Shown here: one piece after another, positions 11,901 through 24,200 of the stretch
Layout: every line of letters starts with the position of its first letter
How positions within the stretch are numbered: position 1 is the stretch's first letter
Assembly (NCBI GenBank): GCA_900088475.1
Contig: FLMG01001458.1
Location: 1 to 64,000, forward strand
DNA: 64,000 nt
Reading direction: 5' to 3'
Source of the DNA: Hyphochytrium catenoides
Lineage: Eukaryota; Protista; Hyphochytriomycota
Made by a program: the position numbers and the translations under genes
Notes under the pieces: generated by a model
Told to the model about the DNA's origin: nothing
Seen by the model: the letters and a program-made list of their open reading frames with translations, nothing else
Databases searched by the model: none

Positions 11901-12812
11901 TTACAAAGCACCCGTCGTCACCCTACTCTCTCTCTCTACCTGCCCCGGAGCCAGCCTGTCCATCACCTCTTCCTCCCTTGGAACAACTTATAATAAAGAG
12001 ACAAGGTTGAGTCCGCCCCTATTCCTTTTCAGTCATATTGATGAAGGAACTTCTTCTTCATCGTACTCGCATAACATTCCCTGTCTCTGTCCGGGAAGTG
12101 GGGACAAGCAACCTCAGATGATGATGACTGCTTCTCTACTCGAGGAGGGCTATGAAACTACTCTTTTAATAAAGATATCCACACCTTCTTGTTGTTGCTG
12201 GACGACGGACTGAATGATGAACTTCAACTACCCTCCAGCCCTTTCTCCTTCTCTGCCCAGATTGTACTACCAAAAGCCTTCAATGAGCTGTTTGTTCACC
12301 CCTTGCTACTACGACTGGGCTCGAGCTTCATCGGCTCATCGGTGGTCGGTGGTGGTCCAAACTGTCTGGCAAGAGAGCCAGCGGCTGAAGGAACGAATTA
12401 TTTGCTCAGTTGAGTCCCACAACTTCAAGTCAAGAGTATAATAGGCCTCAGTGCTGCGAGTTCTCCGTCTTGTCGTCACCAAAAAGTTACTTTGCTTTGA
12501 AGTGATGGACAAGGTGTGAGATCCCCTAACATTTGCCTAGAAATTCTACAAGTAACCCCTTAACTCTAAGATGGTTCTCTTCGAAATTACCGATAGACTT
12601 TCAAAAATAAGGGGAAATAGTGGATATTCATACAAGGAGGTCAAGAAAGATACAGTGAGATTGGAAGGACAAATACGCTGGCGTACAAAACTGTGCGAGT
12701 TTGCAAGGCTTTGCGAATACAATACCGAAAATAAAGGTCGTAGCACTCTGTCCGACCGGAAAGGACATAGAAGGCAGAACATGGTACATTCCTTTCGTCC
12801 TTCCTCTCTGTT

Positions 12813-12835
12813 TCTCTCTCTCTCTCTCTTCATCT

Positions 12836-12876
<41 letters not shown>

Positions 12877-12916
12877 ATTCTCTCTCTCTCTCTCACACGC
12901 ACACTCTCTCTCACTC

Positions 12917-12969
<53 letters not shown>
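12813..12969. repeat. Long imperfect (CT)n microsatellite
   Basis: CT run with short CA interruptions. Confidence 0.95.
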
Positions 12970-12971
<2 letters not shown>

Positions 12972-13179
12972 AAGAATGGAAGGTGCAAGTCTGGCGGTGG
13001 AGGAAGAGGGAAGACAGTAAGAGCGATGCCTTCCTAGAAGAAGGAAGGAGTGAAGTGATGGGCCAGGCTTCATTGGCTGATAGTAGGTCGTAAAGCAATC
13101 CTCAAGTCCAAAAGCTGAACCGCACCTCTGCCCTTCGCTTCGTTCTCATGTTTCCCTTCGATGGAGATGGATGATTGAA

Positions 13180-13190
13180 GAGAGAGAGAA

Positions 13191-13233
<43 letters not shown>

Positions 13234-13256
13234 GAGAGAGAGACAGAGAGAGAGAG
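13180..13256. repeat. (GA)n microsatellite
   Basis: GA run, complementary to the nearby (CT)n tract. Confidence 0.95.
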
Positions 13257-13896
13257 CCGTACCTCTAGCTTTGACTACACTCTTCTTCCCTTGGCTGCTT
13301 TGCTGCTCAGTAGTAGCAAGAGGCCGGCCGGGCAGTGTGCTAAGAAGTGAATGAATGTAGTTTTGAATGAATGGAGTTCTCCCTTCGTACTACACTCTGA
13401 AGCGTTTCCTTCCTTCCTTCTCAATCATCCCTGAGGCCTCGATCTATCGTCTTGTCCTTTGTCCTGGACACCAGCAGACACCGCATCATCTATTCTTATG
13501 TTGCCCCTCTGCCTCTGCACTACTGCTCCATGTGTCATTCCCTCTGTCATCAACCCTTGGAAAAAAAAATACTCTCTCTTCTTCTTTCTCTCTGTCTCTC
13601 ACAATCACTCACACTCACCCTTCAGATGAATGACAACCTTTCTTTCCTGTCTCTCTCTCGCCCTTCTTTGTGAAAGACCTCTCACTCGCCCGTCCGCATT
13701 TGCCATCTCATCGGTCCTTTCTCTTGACTTCAACATTGTCAGCGTCTTGTCAAGCTCATAGTCCTAGCTAGCGCCACCAACAAGAGGCGTTAAGTAAAAG
13801 AGGTCCATATTCCAATTTGCTGCGTTCCTCCACTGGCGCCACCAAGATCCCTCTAGCCATCAGCGGACTGTACATCTCCGTCAGACCTTAGCCAAG

Positions 13897-14382
13897 ATGA
13901 AGCTTGGAGCAGCAGCCATCGCACTGTTCTTGACTATCTCTTCCGCCTTCTTGGGTGAGGAAGGCGTACAGTCGCAGAAGGCCTATGGTCCGCAATGCAA
14001 GCCCTGCACGCCAGGCACTGCGGGCATCTACCAGCTTCCCACGGAGGAGGAAACCGCAGTCTGTCTCCATCCGAAGAACGCTCTAGAACCTCCTTCCCCT
14101 AATGCTATCAGATGCGGGTAAGTGCAGGGATACTAGGATATTTGTCAGACTCATCTCGGTTTCTCCCTAGTTATCCTCTTCCAATAATGTGGCTCTCTTC
14201 CTCTCTGCGCCTCTCTCTCTCTCTCTTGCTCTCTTGCTCTCTTCCTCTTTATCTTATTCTCGGCTGCTCTCTCCTTCTGGCTTCGCTCCCGCTCTTTGGT
14301 CCGACCCTTTCTCCTACCTGTTGCCTAGTGTTCGCTTCTTCCTTCCTCTTCTCCATATACACGCTGGAAACACTACGTTGGC

Positions 14383-14429
<47 letters not shown>

Positions 14430-15900
14430 CCCTTGTCGTCCTCATTTTAGGACTGCTTTCTTTGTGATGATGCCTTTGAGCTGGGTGGCGAATGACGGAA
14501 CCTTCCTCGAGCCTGAGAACATGAAAGCTTGGCTAAAGACTGTCAAGGACATCGGAGCCACAGGCGTTATGACTGACGTCTGGTGGGGCATCGCAGAGAA
14601 AGCACCTGAAGTCTATGACTTTAAGGCGTACAAGCAGTTCGTGGCCATGTGTGCCGAGCTAGGACTGAAGGTCCAGGCGATCATGAGCTTCCACCAGTGC
14701 GGAGGCAATGTGGGCGATACCTGCAACATCCCCATCCCACAGTTTGTCCGGGATCTCTATGAAAAGGAGAAGAAAGAGATCTTCTACCGTGATACAGATG
14801 GCGTGGTCACGCAGGAGTACGTTTCTCTCTTCGTGGATGAGCAACGCCTATTCCCTGCAGCGAACAAGAGGAAGCGTAATGCTATCAGAATGTATGGAGA
14901 CTTCATGTATGCCTTCATGGAGGAGATGGGCCAGTACTTTGGCTCTGTTATCACCGAGGTTGAAGTTGGAATGGGACCAGCTGGAGAGCTTCGTTACCCA
15001 GGGTACATTCCTACCGGAACTTGGAACTATCCGGGCACTGGCTGCTTCAACGTGAAGAGCTCCTACGCGCTTGAAAGCCTCAAGAAGGCAGCTAAAGAGG
15101 AAGGTCTTCCTGCAATCTATGGCGTCCCACCATCGAACGTGGGTCCCTGCGCAGAGCTAACCGTGGAGGACGACGATGGTGATTGCTCCAAGCCGCCAAC
15201 CACCCCTCCTACTTATGTCAACGGGACCTTCTTCAATAAGGGAGCAAAGGACAACTATGAGTCGAAAAGAGGCAAGTTCTTCCTCAAGTGGTATGCCGAC
15301 AACCTATTGGACCATGCAGATCGAGTACTGGATGAGGCACGCAGTGTCTTTAAGAACAAGGTGCTTCTTACTGCCAAGATCTCAGGCATTCATTGGCTTC
15401 ACGCCATTCCTAGCCGCCCTGCTGAGGCAACCTCCGGCTACGTTAACATCGATGGGTTCTATGACTTCTATGACAAGGTAGCCAAGGTGATGAAGAAATA
15501 TAAAGCTGTTTTCACCTTCACAGCGCTTGAGAAGACCAACCAGGGCGAGTGCAGTGTGAAGAGATCCTGGAGCCGACCCACTGACCTAGTTGCTCAAACA
15601 AGAGTCGCAGCAGCAAAGTATGACCTGAAGTACTCAGGAGAGAATGCTCTGCCCATCTGGGTCAACGACATGACCACCATCGTACAACGCTCCTCTCAAC
15701 CACCTGCAGAGGCCTTCACTCTGCTGCGCCTGAATAACCTTTGCAAGGCAGAGCAGAACACTGGGAAGGAAAATGCATCCCTCGGCAATGACTATGCTTG
15801 CCTGTATGGAACCATGAACAACGATGGCGTCGTCAAGAACACGACGGAGTGGTATGCTGACTTTGCCACCAAGCTAAGCAGCACATACAGACAGGCTTAG
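13897..15900 (+). CDS. Beta-amylase (GH14) with signal peptide, 2 exons (13897-14117, 14451-15900)
   Basis: The GTAAGT...TTTTAG intron joins the exons in frame (CG|TAFFVMMPL). Motifs DVWWG, SFHQCGGNVGD, GPAGELRYP (catalytic Glu), SGIHW and GENAL (second catalytic Glu). Hydrophobic N-terminus MKLGAAAIALFLTISSA. Confidence 0.95.
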
Positions 15901-16475
15901 AAGAGAACTGAGACCGGTCCAAACAGGCGGCAGTCTTCTAGGCAGAGAGATTCTGCCATTCAGCTTAGTATACATCCATCTCCTGAGAGATAAACCTCCT
16001 CAAATCTAATAAGTTTTGCTCCTTTTTCTCTCTTTGTCAACTTAGAAAGACGTTCTCATCCAAATCACTGTCTCTGGAGACCGAAGAGGTCTGTTCCTTC
16101 CTACAGCATGGTCCCCTCCTAGACGCAGAAAAGGGATAGAATGATAGTTCATCTCTTGTCGGATCACGGCGCCTTGACATATCTAACCAGCGTCATAAGC
16201 CACCGGCTATAGCCTAGTCCCTTCACCTCCTCTCTAAAACAGTTCTCTCCTTATTCATGCTCAAAGCGGCACCTATCACTCCGAGAGTCATAGAAGGTTG
16301 GGCATCAGCTCACCCCAGGATATCAGCCACAGCCAGCACCGGACGCTCAGCCTGCACAAACTCAGGCACAAAACTTTGCCGCCAGTAGGGGCTAATGCCT
16401 TAGAAGCAGACTAGGCCTCGCTAGATAGTCAGCAAAGAGTGCGTAGATTACAGGGTCGTTGCTTTGTGCTCCCTG

Positions 16476-16983
16476 TCAGGAGACTGCGTCGACCTCGCAC
16501 TTGACAATATGTCGACCAGGAATCAAGGCCATGCCTAGTGTTCGCTTCAGCACCTCCTCGCGCGTTGATCCATCTGAAGCACCATCCAAAAGACCAGAGA
16601 CGGTTAGTTTAGAGCTCATTAACAGCTGCGACAATAATCAAGGGACAGCGATGAACCTACCGAGGTTGGTCAGAGTAACCCGACGACTTTCCTCAACGTC
16701 GTTAAGAACCAGATTCTTGTCTTTATCCAAGCACTGGGATGAAAGGATAGGGCCGGATAAGAGGCAGCATGCAGTTAGCTTTATACTTATAGAACGCACT
16801 GCAGGAGATGTACTCTACCTCTAAACTTCCTACGAACTCTCTGCCATCCGTAACGGTGACGTACAACCTCTGTTGGAGGAGTCCTCTGACCCTTTCCACA
16901 TGAGGTCTCAGGTGTCCCTTTCCAGCTCCACCGCTTGCGCAAGTCTGTCCGTTGCCCTCTAGGGCTGTCGGTGTATCCGTCAT
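16476..16983 (-). CDS. LSM-domain protein, NatC auxiliary subunit NAA38/Mak31-like, 3 exons (16983-16819, 16733-16661, 16573-16476)
   Basis: Spliced product ..LLQQRLYVTVTDGREFVGSLE|CLDKDKNLVLNDVEE..|..RTLGMALIPGRHIVKCEV gives the Sm1 and Sm2 motifs; intron phases are consistent. Confidence 0.85.
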
Positions 16984-17375
16984 AGCTAGGTCGATTTGTT
17001 ACAGGGCAGGCACAACGTATTATCAACACGGCTGTTGAGCCTTTCGACTCCGTAGACCAAGCGGTCTCTTCGACCACTTTGTTCAAGGTTATAGTTTGAA
17101 GAGAGAACTCCTATGGGATATGTAGAGGAGGGTTCGCTAGCAGCTGTCCCATTATCCATAGACGTTCGTCCCTTATTAGAGTCTTCAAATGATCCAAGCC
17201 GACCGCCAACACCTTGTTTTGAGCTCTCTATAAAAGACCCAGAGCTTCGTTATGGAGACTCTGTAAGCCATTGACAAAGCTTCATCAAAGCTTTACCATC
17301 TGCTCTGACAAAAGCATAACTCTACACAGGTTTGGACAACATAAACGCTGTATTTCCAACCATGATAGAGTTTGT

Positions 17376-17447
17376 GGTTCTATGGTGTAAGGGTTAGCAC
17401 TGCGGACTTTGAATCCGCCGATCCGGGTTCAAATCCCGGTAGAACCT
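17376..17447 (+). tRNA. tRNA-Gln (UUG)
   Basis: 72-nt cloverleaf: acceptor GGTTCTA/TAGAACC, anticodon arm GCGGA-CT TTG AA-TCCGC, T arm CCGGG-TTCAAAT-CCCGG. Confidence 0.97.
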
Positions 17448-17450
17448 CTC

Positions 17451-17456
17451 TTTTTT
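17451..17456 (+). terminator. Pol III T6 terminator of tRNA-Gln
   Basis: TTTTTT 3 nt downstream of the discriminator base. Confidence 0.8.
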
Positions 17457-19697
17457 CCAACCCCCACTTAAACATCAGTCCACGTCCTTCATCTTCTTTC
17501 TTGAAGCTAAACTCATCTCACCTTCATCTTCTACATTTGTAACCAATTATGTGCAAGTACAAGTAGTTCTACAGTTACAAGTATACACGTCCCTTGTGAA
17601 ATGCGTAGATCTATCATCGTTTTTACACTGCTTGCACTTACGTAAGTATACTTGTCATACAAGTACAAGTCGATAGTACCGTTTCGTCAAGGCGGAGACG
17701 CCGACTCGGTCTCCTCCTCTGTCTTCTCTCCAAGGATCTCTCTTCTTCTTCCTCTGTTGAGGAGTCAACACACAGCTTGGCGGCTCTCTTCTCTTCCTCA
17801 GCCACAGATCCTGGCAGTGAACTCTTTCTAGCCATCCTCAGAGGCTGGAGAGGCCACAGCAGCGGCTACCAGGCCAGGACCATACAATGATCAACGGTTA
17901 GGCACAGAGACGACGAGCACTTCTTCTCACTAGTAGTATAAGGCCTCTATTCACTTCGACATCTCCTCTTTTCTTCGTAGGAGGAGGATGGCATAGGCCT
18001 CACACTGATGATGTTTGCCGTTGTGATGAGTTATTTAGTTATCAATCATTATTCCTTTACCCCTTCATCTTTGGCTAACGTGAAAGCAAGGGACCTGATC
18101 TTATATGAGCATCATCGCCATGTGCGCTCCTCTAACGTTGGATGATAATAGCTCTAATGCATGTGGGATAATTTGTTTGAAAGAAGTAGGAAGCTATTAT
18201 ACGTACTCTACATCGTGTCAATTATAAAGATCGTCATATCGAAGAGCCAGCTGGCTCCTATGGGGCAACAGGACTGAGGGAGGAGGGATACTGACATTTA
18301 GATGCACCGCGTATGGAGGGAAAAGAAAGAAAACAGAGGGGCAAGAGGACTGCCACTTTCCTACTGCAGCCTGCGTGATTAACACCCCCACAGCCACTTC
18401 TGCTTACTCACTATTATCTGCTTTATCACCAGCGACGAATTATTCATGCGTCTAGAGCCTGGACGACTGAGCGACGTAAGACGCATTATTCAGCAATATA
18501 AAGAAAGGGAACCGCGTCTGAAAGAAGCCGTCAGCTGTAGTGAACCTGGAGAGTGGTGAATAATTTTTATATGATATACGACTAGCTGCGCGAGTGAAAG
18601 GAGCGCAGCAGGACCTCCGCTTCTCACAGCTTGAAAAAGAAGTACTTCAATTCTATGAGGACGCTGAACGCGGCCGGAACTGCGCATCTCTGCAATTTAA
18701 AATGTGGTGGGGTTCAATCTGGTTGGTAATGCAGAAGGCCACTGATGAGAGGTGATGACAGGAGAAAAATTACATTTACAAATAGCTCTGGTGCTGATGG
18801 TAGACGACGAAGACATCGTCTTACATAAAAAACAGAGAAACAGATAGATGATGGAGCAAAATCAGGGAAGAGAGAGAGCGGGGAGAGAGAGAATGAGAAA
18901 GAGAGAGACAGAGACAGAGACAAGAGAAAGAGGCAGAGAGAGAGACAGAGGAGGAAGGAGAAAAGAGAGACACACACAAGTACTAGTCACAAGAGAGAGA
19001 CGGCTGCTATGTACTTGTACCTGCCCCCAATTCTTTTTTCATTTCTCTTCCTCTCACGTACTTTCACTTCTATCGTTGCTGCTGCAGCTCCTCGCTCACT
19101 TTCTTTGTCTTTTGTTCTTCTGGTTCGTCGGTCCGTCGGTCGTCCCTTCCTCTTGTAAAGTGCTTGAAGGCTCTTTGTGGCCCCTCCATCTTTCTCCTGA
19201 TGCTGGAGAACTGTGAGAAGGGGAGCAGAGGCTAACCTACGAGCTTCTGCTAAGAATTCTCTACGAGATGGATGGCGATCTCTTACCGGCTATCTTTCTC
19301 CATACATTTGTATGGGGGAAGATAAAACAGTACTCGGACACGAAAAGCCGTTACCTCCTCATGCGCCTCCTCCCTTTCAAGGGACAATCCCCCTCTCACT
19401 TCTGGCAAACCCCTCCGCCTAGATCATGTTTAGACTATACCTTTCATAGCAAACCCCCTTCTGGACGCAGATGGCCCCCCCTCCGCCTCCACTACTGCTC
19501 ACGAACAGTTGCAACTCCTATCTCTCGATTTCCTCTACTGAAGGGCCAAGGTGACAAGCGGGAGAGAGAAAGAGTGAGACAAGATATAGACGAAAGATGA
19601 GAGAGAGGTACCAACTAAAGATTATAAGCCGAGAAGCCAATGGGTTTTTGAAAGGTAAGTCGAGACAGAGTAGAAAGATGGAAAGGGAGAGTAAGAG

Positions 19698-19708
19698 NNN
19701 NNNNNNNN
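19698..19708. other. Assembly gap (N run)
   Basis: 11 Ns between GA- and CT-rich tracts. Confidence 0.99.
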
Positions 19709-20105
19709 TCTCTCTCTTTCTCTCCTCTCTTTCTCTCTCTCTTCTACGCTACCCTCTCGCGGCGACGTTTGAGAGCCAAGTCTGTTTCCATCCAGGCCTG
19801 CCCTGGCGGCCGCGACACCGTCGTCTGCTTCATTGTTTAGCTCGGAGACCAACGGAGGAAAGTCTCTATATTTTCTTTCTTCCCTACGTTGCAGCAGGCC
19901 AACATCTATCTGCAGATCTTCTTTTTGTGACTCTCTTTCTCTCTCTTGGGCTATCACGTTCCTGCCGGTCTGCCTATTCCGAGTCAAAACTCTGTTGGAC
20001 GTGACGGAAGGGAAGGTAGCATAAGCTCCACTCTTTAGTCCGCACAACGAATACTCTCTCGCTCTTGCTTGCTGGCTCTGCGTCTCTCCGGATCATCGGT
20101 ACGTA

Positions 20106-20753
20106 ATGGCGTTCAAGAGAGTCTTTGTCTTGGCGGGAGCCTTCATCCTCTGGGCCTGCGGGGCTCAGGCATATTGTCCTGAAGGCTGTCATGACAACGG
20201 CAAGTGTGGTCCTAAGGATCGCTGCACCTGCTGGACCAGAGCCAACGGCGAGCCGCAGTTCACTGGTGCTGACTGCTCTCAGTATACCTGCCCTAAGGGT
20301 CCGGCCTGGGTAGCGAAGGCTAAGGCGAAGGATGACGCTCACTTTGAGGTAGAATGCTCTAACGTGGGCTACTGCGACCGGTCCACTGGCCAGTGTATCT
20401 GCAAACCCGGCTTCTCTGGAGGCGCCTGCCAGAGAATGGACGAAGCTTCTGCCAACTATTGCAGCCACAACGGTATTTGGGTGAGCCAGGCCACACTCGC
20501 AGCTGAGGCTAACAAGGAGTACACCACGTGGGCAAAGGACTCTCTATGGGGATGCAAGTGCGATATTGGTCGCCGTGGTCATGACTGCAGCCAGATCGAG
20601 TGCCCCTCCGGAGAGGACGTTCTTGGTGGACCTGATGCCGAGGACGGTAGGGACTGCTCAGGACGTGGTAAGTGCGACTATACCACCGGCAAGTGCCAGT
20701 GCTTCCCAGGCTACGATGGGCAGGCGTGCTCCATGCAGGCCAACAGATTTTAG
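20106..20753 (+). CDS. Secreted EGF/tenascin-repeat protein, stramenopile mastigoneme protein family (Sig/Ocm-like)
   Basis: Signal peptide and Cys-rich repeats FTGADCSQYTCPKGPAW..DDAHFEVECSNVGYCDRSTGQCIC..GFSGGACQR and DCSGRGKCDYTTGKCQCFPGYDGQAC, the pattern I recognise from tubular-mastigoneme proteins. Confidence 0.85.
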   Translation: MAFKRVFVLAGAFILWACGAQAYCPEGCHDNGKCGPKDRCTCWTRANGEPQFTGADCSQYTCPKGPAWVAKAKAKDDAHFEVECSNVGYCDRSTGQCICKPGFSGGACQRMDEASANYCSHNGIWVSQATLAAEANKEYTTWAKDSLWGCKCDIGRRGHDCSQIECPSGEDVLGGPDAEDGRDCSGRGKCDYTTGKCQCFPGYDGQACSMQANRF

Positions 20754-21253
20754 ACGAAGGGGAGAGAGATATAGGCAGACAGACAGATCTTCTAGACGTC
20801 TATCCTTCTGCCTACTGACGCAGCGCGGGCGTCGGGAGCCTGCTGTTGGGAGCTATGCGCCTCGTGGTCTGGTTGCGTTAGGTTGCGGGTTGGGAGGCAT
20901 TGTTCTTTGTATCATCCACGTACATCGTTTGCTCAAATAATCAATGACTCAAAGGTCAAACACGCCCAAAGATAAAAGCTGCACAGGGTCTGGAAACTGT
21001 GTGTTGCTTTTTTATCACCGTCCTTGCCAACATTCTTCTCCCTCCTTATCTCTCTCTGTCTTTCTCTCGTTTTCCTCCCCATCTTCCGTCTTTGCTTCTG
21101 CCGCCAAGTTCCCCATGCTCTTGAGGTCGTCACTCTCTCTCCAGTGTGTCCACCATCCTACTGTCTCGGTCGAAGTAAATGTATCTTTAGCTATCGGACA
21201 CGATAAAGCAGAGGAGCTCTTGAAGCTTGTTTAGATGTTGCTCACCAACAGGG

Positions 21254-24200
21254 TTATAACTCTTCTTTCCTAGTGTCAGTGGTCCCATCTTCGCTCACTC
21301 CTTCCCCTGCTCCCTTCAGCAGCTCCCGCCAGTTAGAGGACATAACATTCTTCAGCAGCGCTCCGGACTCCTTGCTTACTAGAATGACGGGGATACGCAG
21401 TCCTTCCCACACTCGTGGAGGATCCAGAGAGGCAAAATAATCACCATTCTTCTTGTCAGAGCCGGGGCAGCAATGCTGGTCAAATCCGCGCTTGCATTTT
21501 CCATTGTCCATTATCACCACTCCGAGGCCGCCAGCTGCTTGGACGTGCTTGACCTTCGTGACCAAAGGAACCTGCAGACCAAACTGTTTGTAAGCCACGC
21601 CACAGAGAGAGAAGTCGGGGTATCCGAGGAGAAGAAGTTTGACTGGACGAGAGAGTCACAATCTGACATGCCTCAGCTGGGGAACATCAACCCTTAGCAG
21701 TGACATCACAGGGAAAAGGGGCCTAACGTGACCGGAGATGTGTGGCCATCACCATCCCAGAGCACTTAGACCGACAGATAGGTAGATATGAAGAAGACCA
21801 AGGAAACGGACAGCATAAGAAGGATATACAATATCAGCGCCGAGGAAGAGAGAGAGGACCTGTCCACGGTCTACCAAGACAATCCTGTCTTGCACGCTGT
21901 GCCGGTTAGCTAATGGAGCACTTGCATCCAGAGGGTCGGCCAGGACTATTTCTAAGCAAGAAGAGCTTAGATGAGAAATTCCGAGTATGAGATGAAGACC
22001 ACCTCGTATAGAAGTCGATGAAAGACAAAGCAATTCTCTGACCTTCTCAATGATATATGACAGAGAGATGCTGGAAGAGCAACGAGCAGGGAGCTCAGAA
22101 TGATCACTTACCTGCAGTGACATCAAATAGACCAGGACTGAAATGGGCGGCCCAGGCGTCAAGGGGCTGAGTAGAGAGGAAGAAGGGAAGCTTTAGCTGC
22201 TGTTTCATGTCGGATAATGTAGCCACTGGTCCAATGACTGTAGAATCTTCCTGCAAGCGGCGGCGCCCACTATCTGCGTCTAAATGACGAGAGAAGGAGG
22301 CGTGGCCGGCTCCTGCAACATGAGCCACCTCTACAAGGCAAATGTAGAGCAGCACCAGAGGCGAATGTGAGTGTCTATAGTGGGATTAGTGATAGGATAT
22401 ATGTCAAGGGAGAGAGAGAACATTGAGAGACGACGGGCACGCAGCTATGGAGCGGTAATCTTAAGAGGAAGAGGGAAGGCCCCGGAGTCTCTCCAGTTAC
22501 CAAGACCTATAACTTAACGCCCTTACCGTTCTCTGCTGTCTCGTTGGCCGTTGTCACGCGGCCCGTTGACAGGCTCGGCTCTCCTTCAAACTGCTCATTG
22601 ACGGCTAGCACTCTGAACTCATAAGAAGAGGAGGGAAGAAGGTTCTGCATGGAGAAGGATGTGGCTGACCCCTGTGTCCTCGCACTATAGGAGAAATCAA
22701 ACTCCACTCCATGATGCATATACCCAGCCTCTTGCGCTTTTAGCTGTTTTCTCTCTACGACGTAGCCCTTCAGGAGTAGCCCTCCATCATCGACAGGAGG
22801 ATCCCAAAGGAGAGATACAGAATGCGCTGAGATGCCCGTGACTTGAAGGTTGAGAGGGGAAGATGGAGGAGCAACAGGAAGCGTCCAGACGAGCTCTGTT
22901 GGTCCGCTGAGCATTCCTTCCCTGCCATCATACAGCCCTGCAAGAGCGAAGGTATAGGGAGAGTCAGGCTGAAGACCATCCAGCGTGAACTCCACGAGCT
23001 CTTCCCCTTCGTCCAATGAGGAAGAGAGGTGGTTCCACTTGAGCTTGTCTTCTTGCACGTCTGCTATTGGCACCCTGTCGCTCAGCAGGAGCTTCTCGGG
23101 GCCTTCAGAGGAGGCGTAGAAGCGATATGCGTGTGAGGAAGCCTCCCCTGGCTGTTTTGGAATGATGTTCTTCCACTGAAGGGTGACATTCCTCCGTCCC
23201 ACCGCAGTTATTGTGGGGGACAGAGGGGCAGGCAGAGTCAGCTGTCGGATAAGGTACTTCCACCGGTTATCCTCCTGCCAGTCTTTGAATTTTCCCCTTC
23301 TCCCTGTCTTGGAAACAGCTTTCTCTTTGTTCTCTTTCTCTCCTTCGACAAACTGGTCCCAAGAAGTAGGTTCTGGCTTGCGGGACATGAAAGAATCGAA
23401 CCGAGACGCTTCAAGAGCGAGGAGAAGAGGACAGAGAGAGGCATCTACCAAGCACTTCACTCTTAAGGACCGACGGACTTCTGCCATATTGGAGGCGTCA
23501 GCGTAGCAAAACTGAAGCGCCAGCCCTTCCTGTACCTTCGGGCCGGTGAGAGACGCTGACGGAGAGTCCGAGGAAGTATCCGACGAAGACCTGTCCTGCG
23601 AGCCCTCGCTGCTATTGTCCTCATTGGACGGGGCTCCGCTCTCTGTCCCACTCCCGCCTAGACGCAGGGAGAAGCTGCCTCCAGCAGGAACAAAGAGAAA
23701 GTCCCCCGTGGTAAGCCGCCCCTCGAGCAGTGTTGCCTGTGAGAGCCAAGGGAAGCTCCTCATGTCTTTAGCAGAGAGGCTGAAGAGAGAAGGAGGGCTG
23801 TCAACCAAACTTTCGCGAGCTAAACCGGAAAATAACTCCGATAGCTCCTCTGTCTCTCTGTCTCCGCCGCTTCTAAGAAGGAGGAACCGTGTCTCGTTCG
23901 CTCCCAGAGAGCTCACAGCAAGGTCTTTGCCTAGGTTGACGAGGAGAGTGTGTGAGGAGAGAGGGCAAGAAAGTAGACCAGTCGCCTCTCCCTCTTTGCT
24001 CAGATGTATGACCTTAGGAGACCCATTGGCACCCGCACGGGTCAGGTTTAGTCGCTGGAAATAGTCGTTGACAAGCAGAGCAGGGATCTGCAGATGAGGT
24101 GTTAGGTTAGGGCAGAGCTCTGTCAGGGAAAAAGACGAGGCCTTGGAGAAGCTTGCAGACCGCAGACAGTCATTCCAGAGAGATTCTTCGCCTCCAACGT

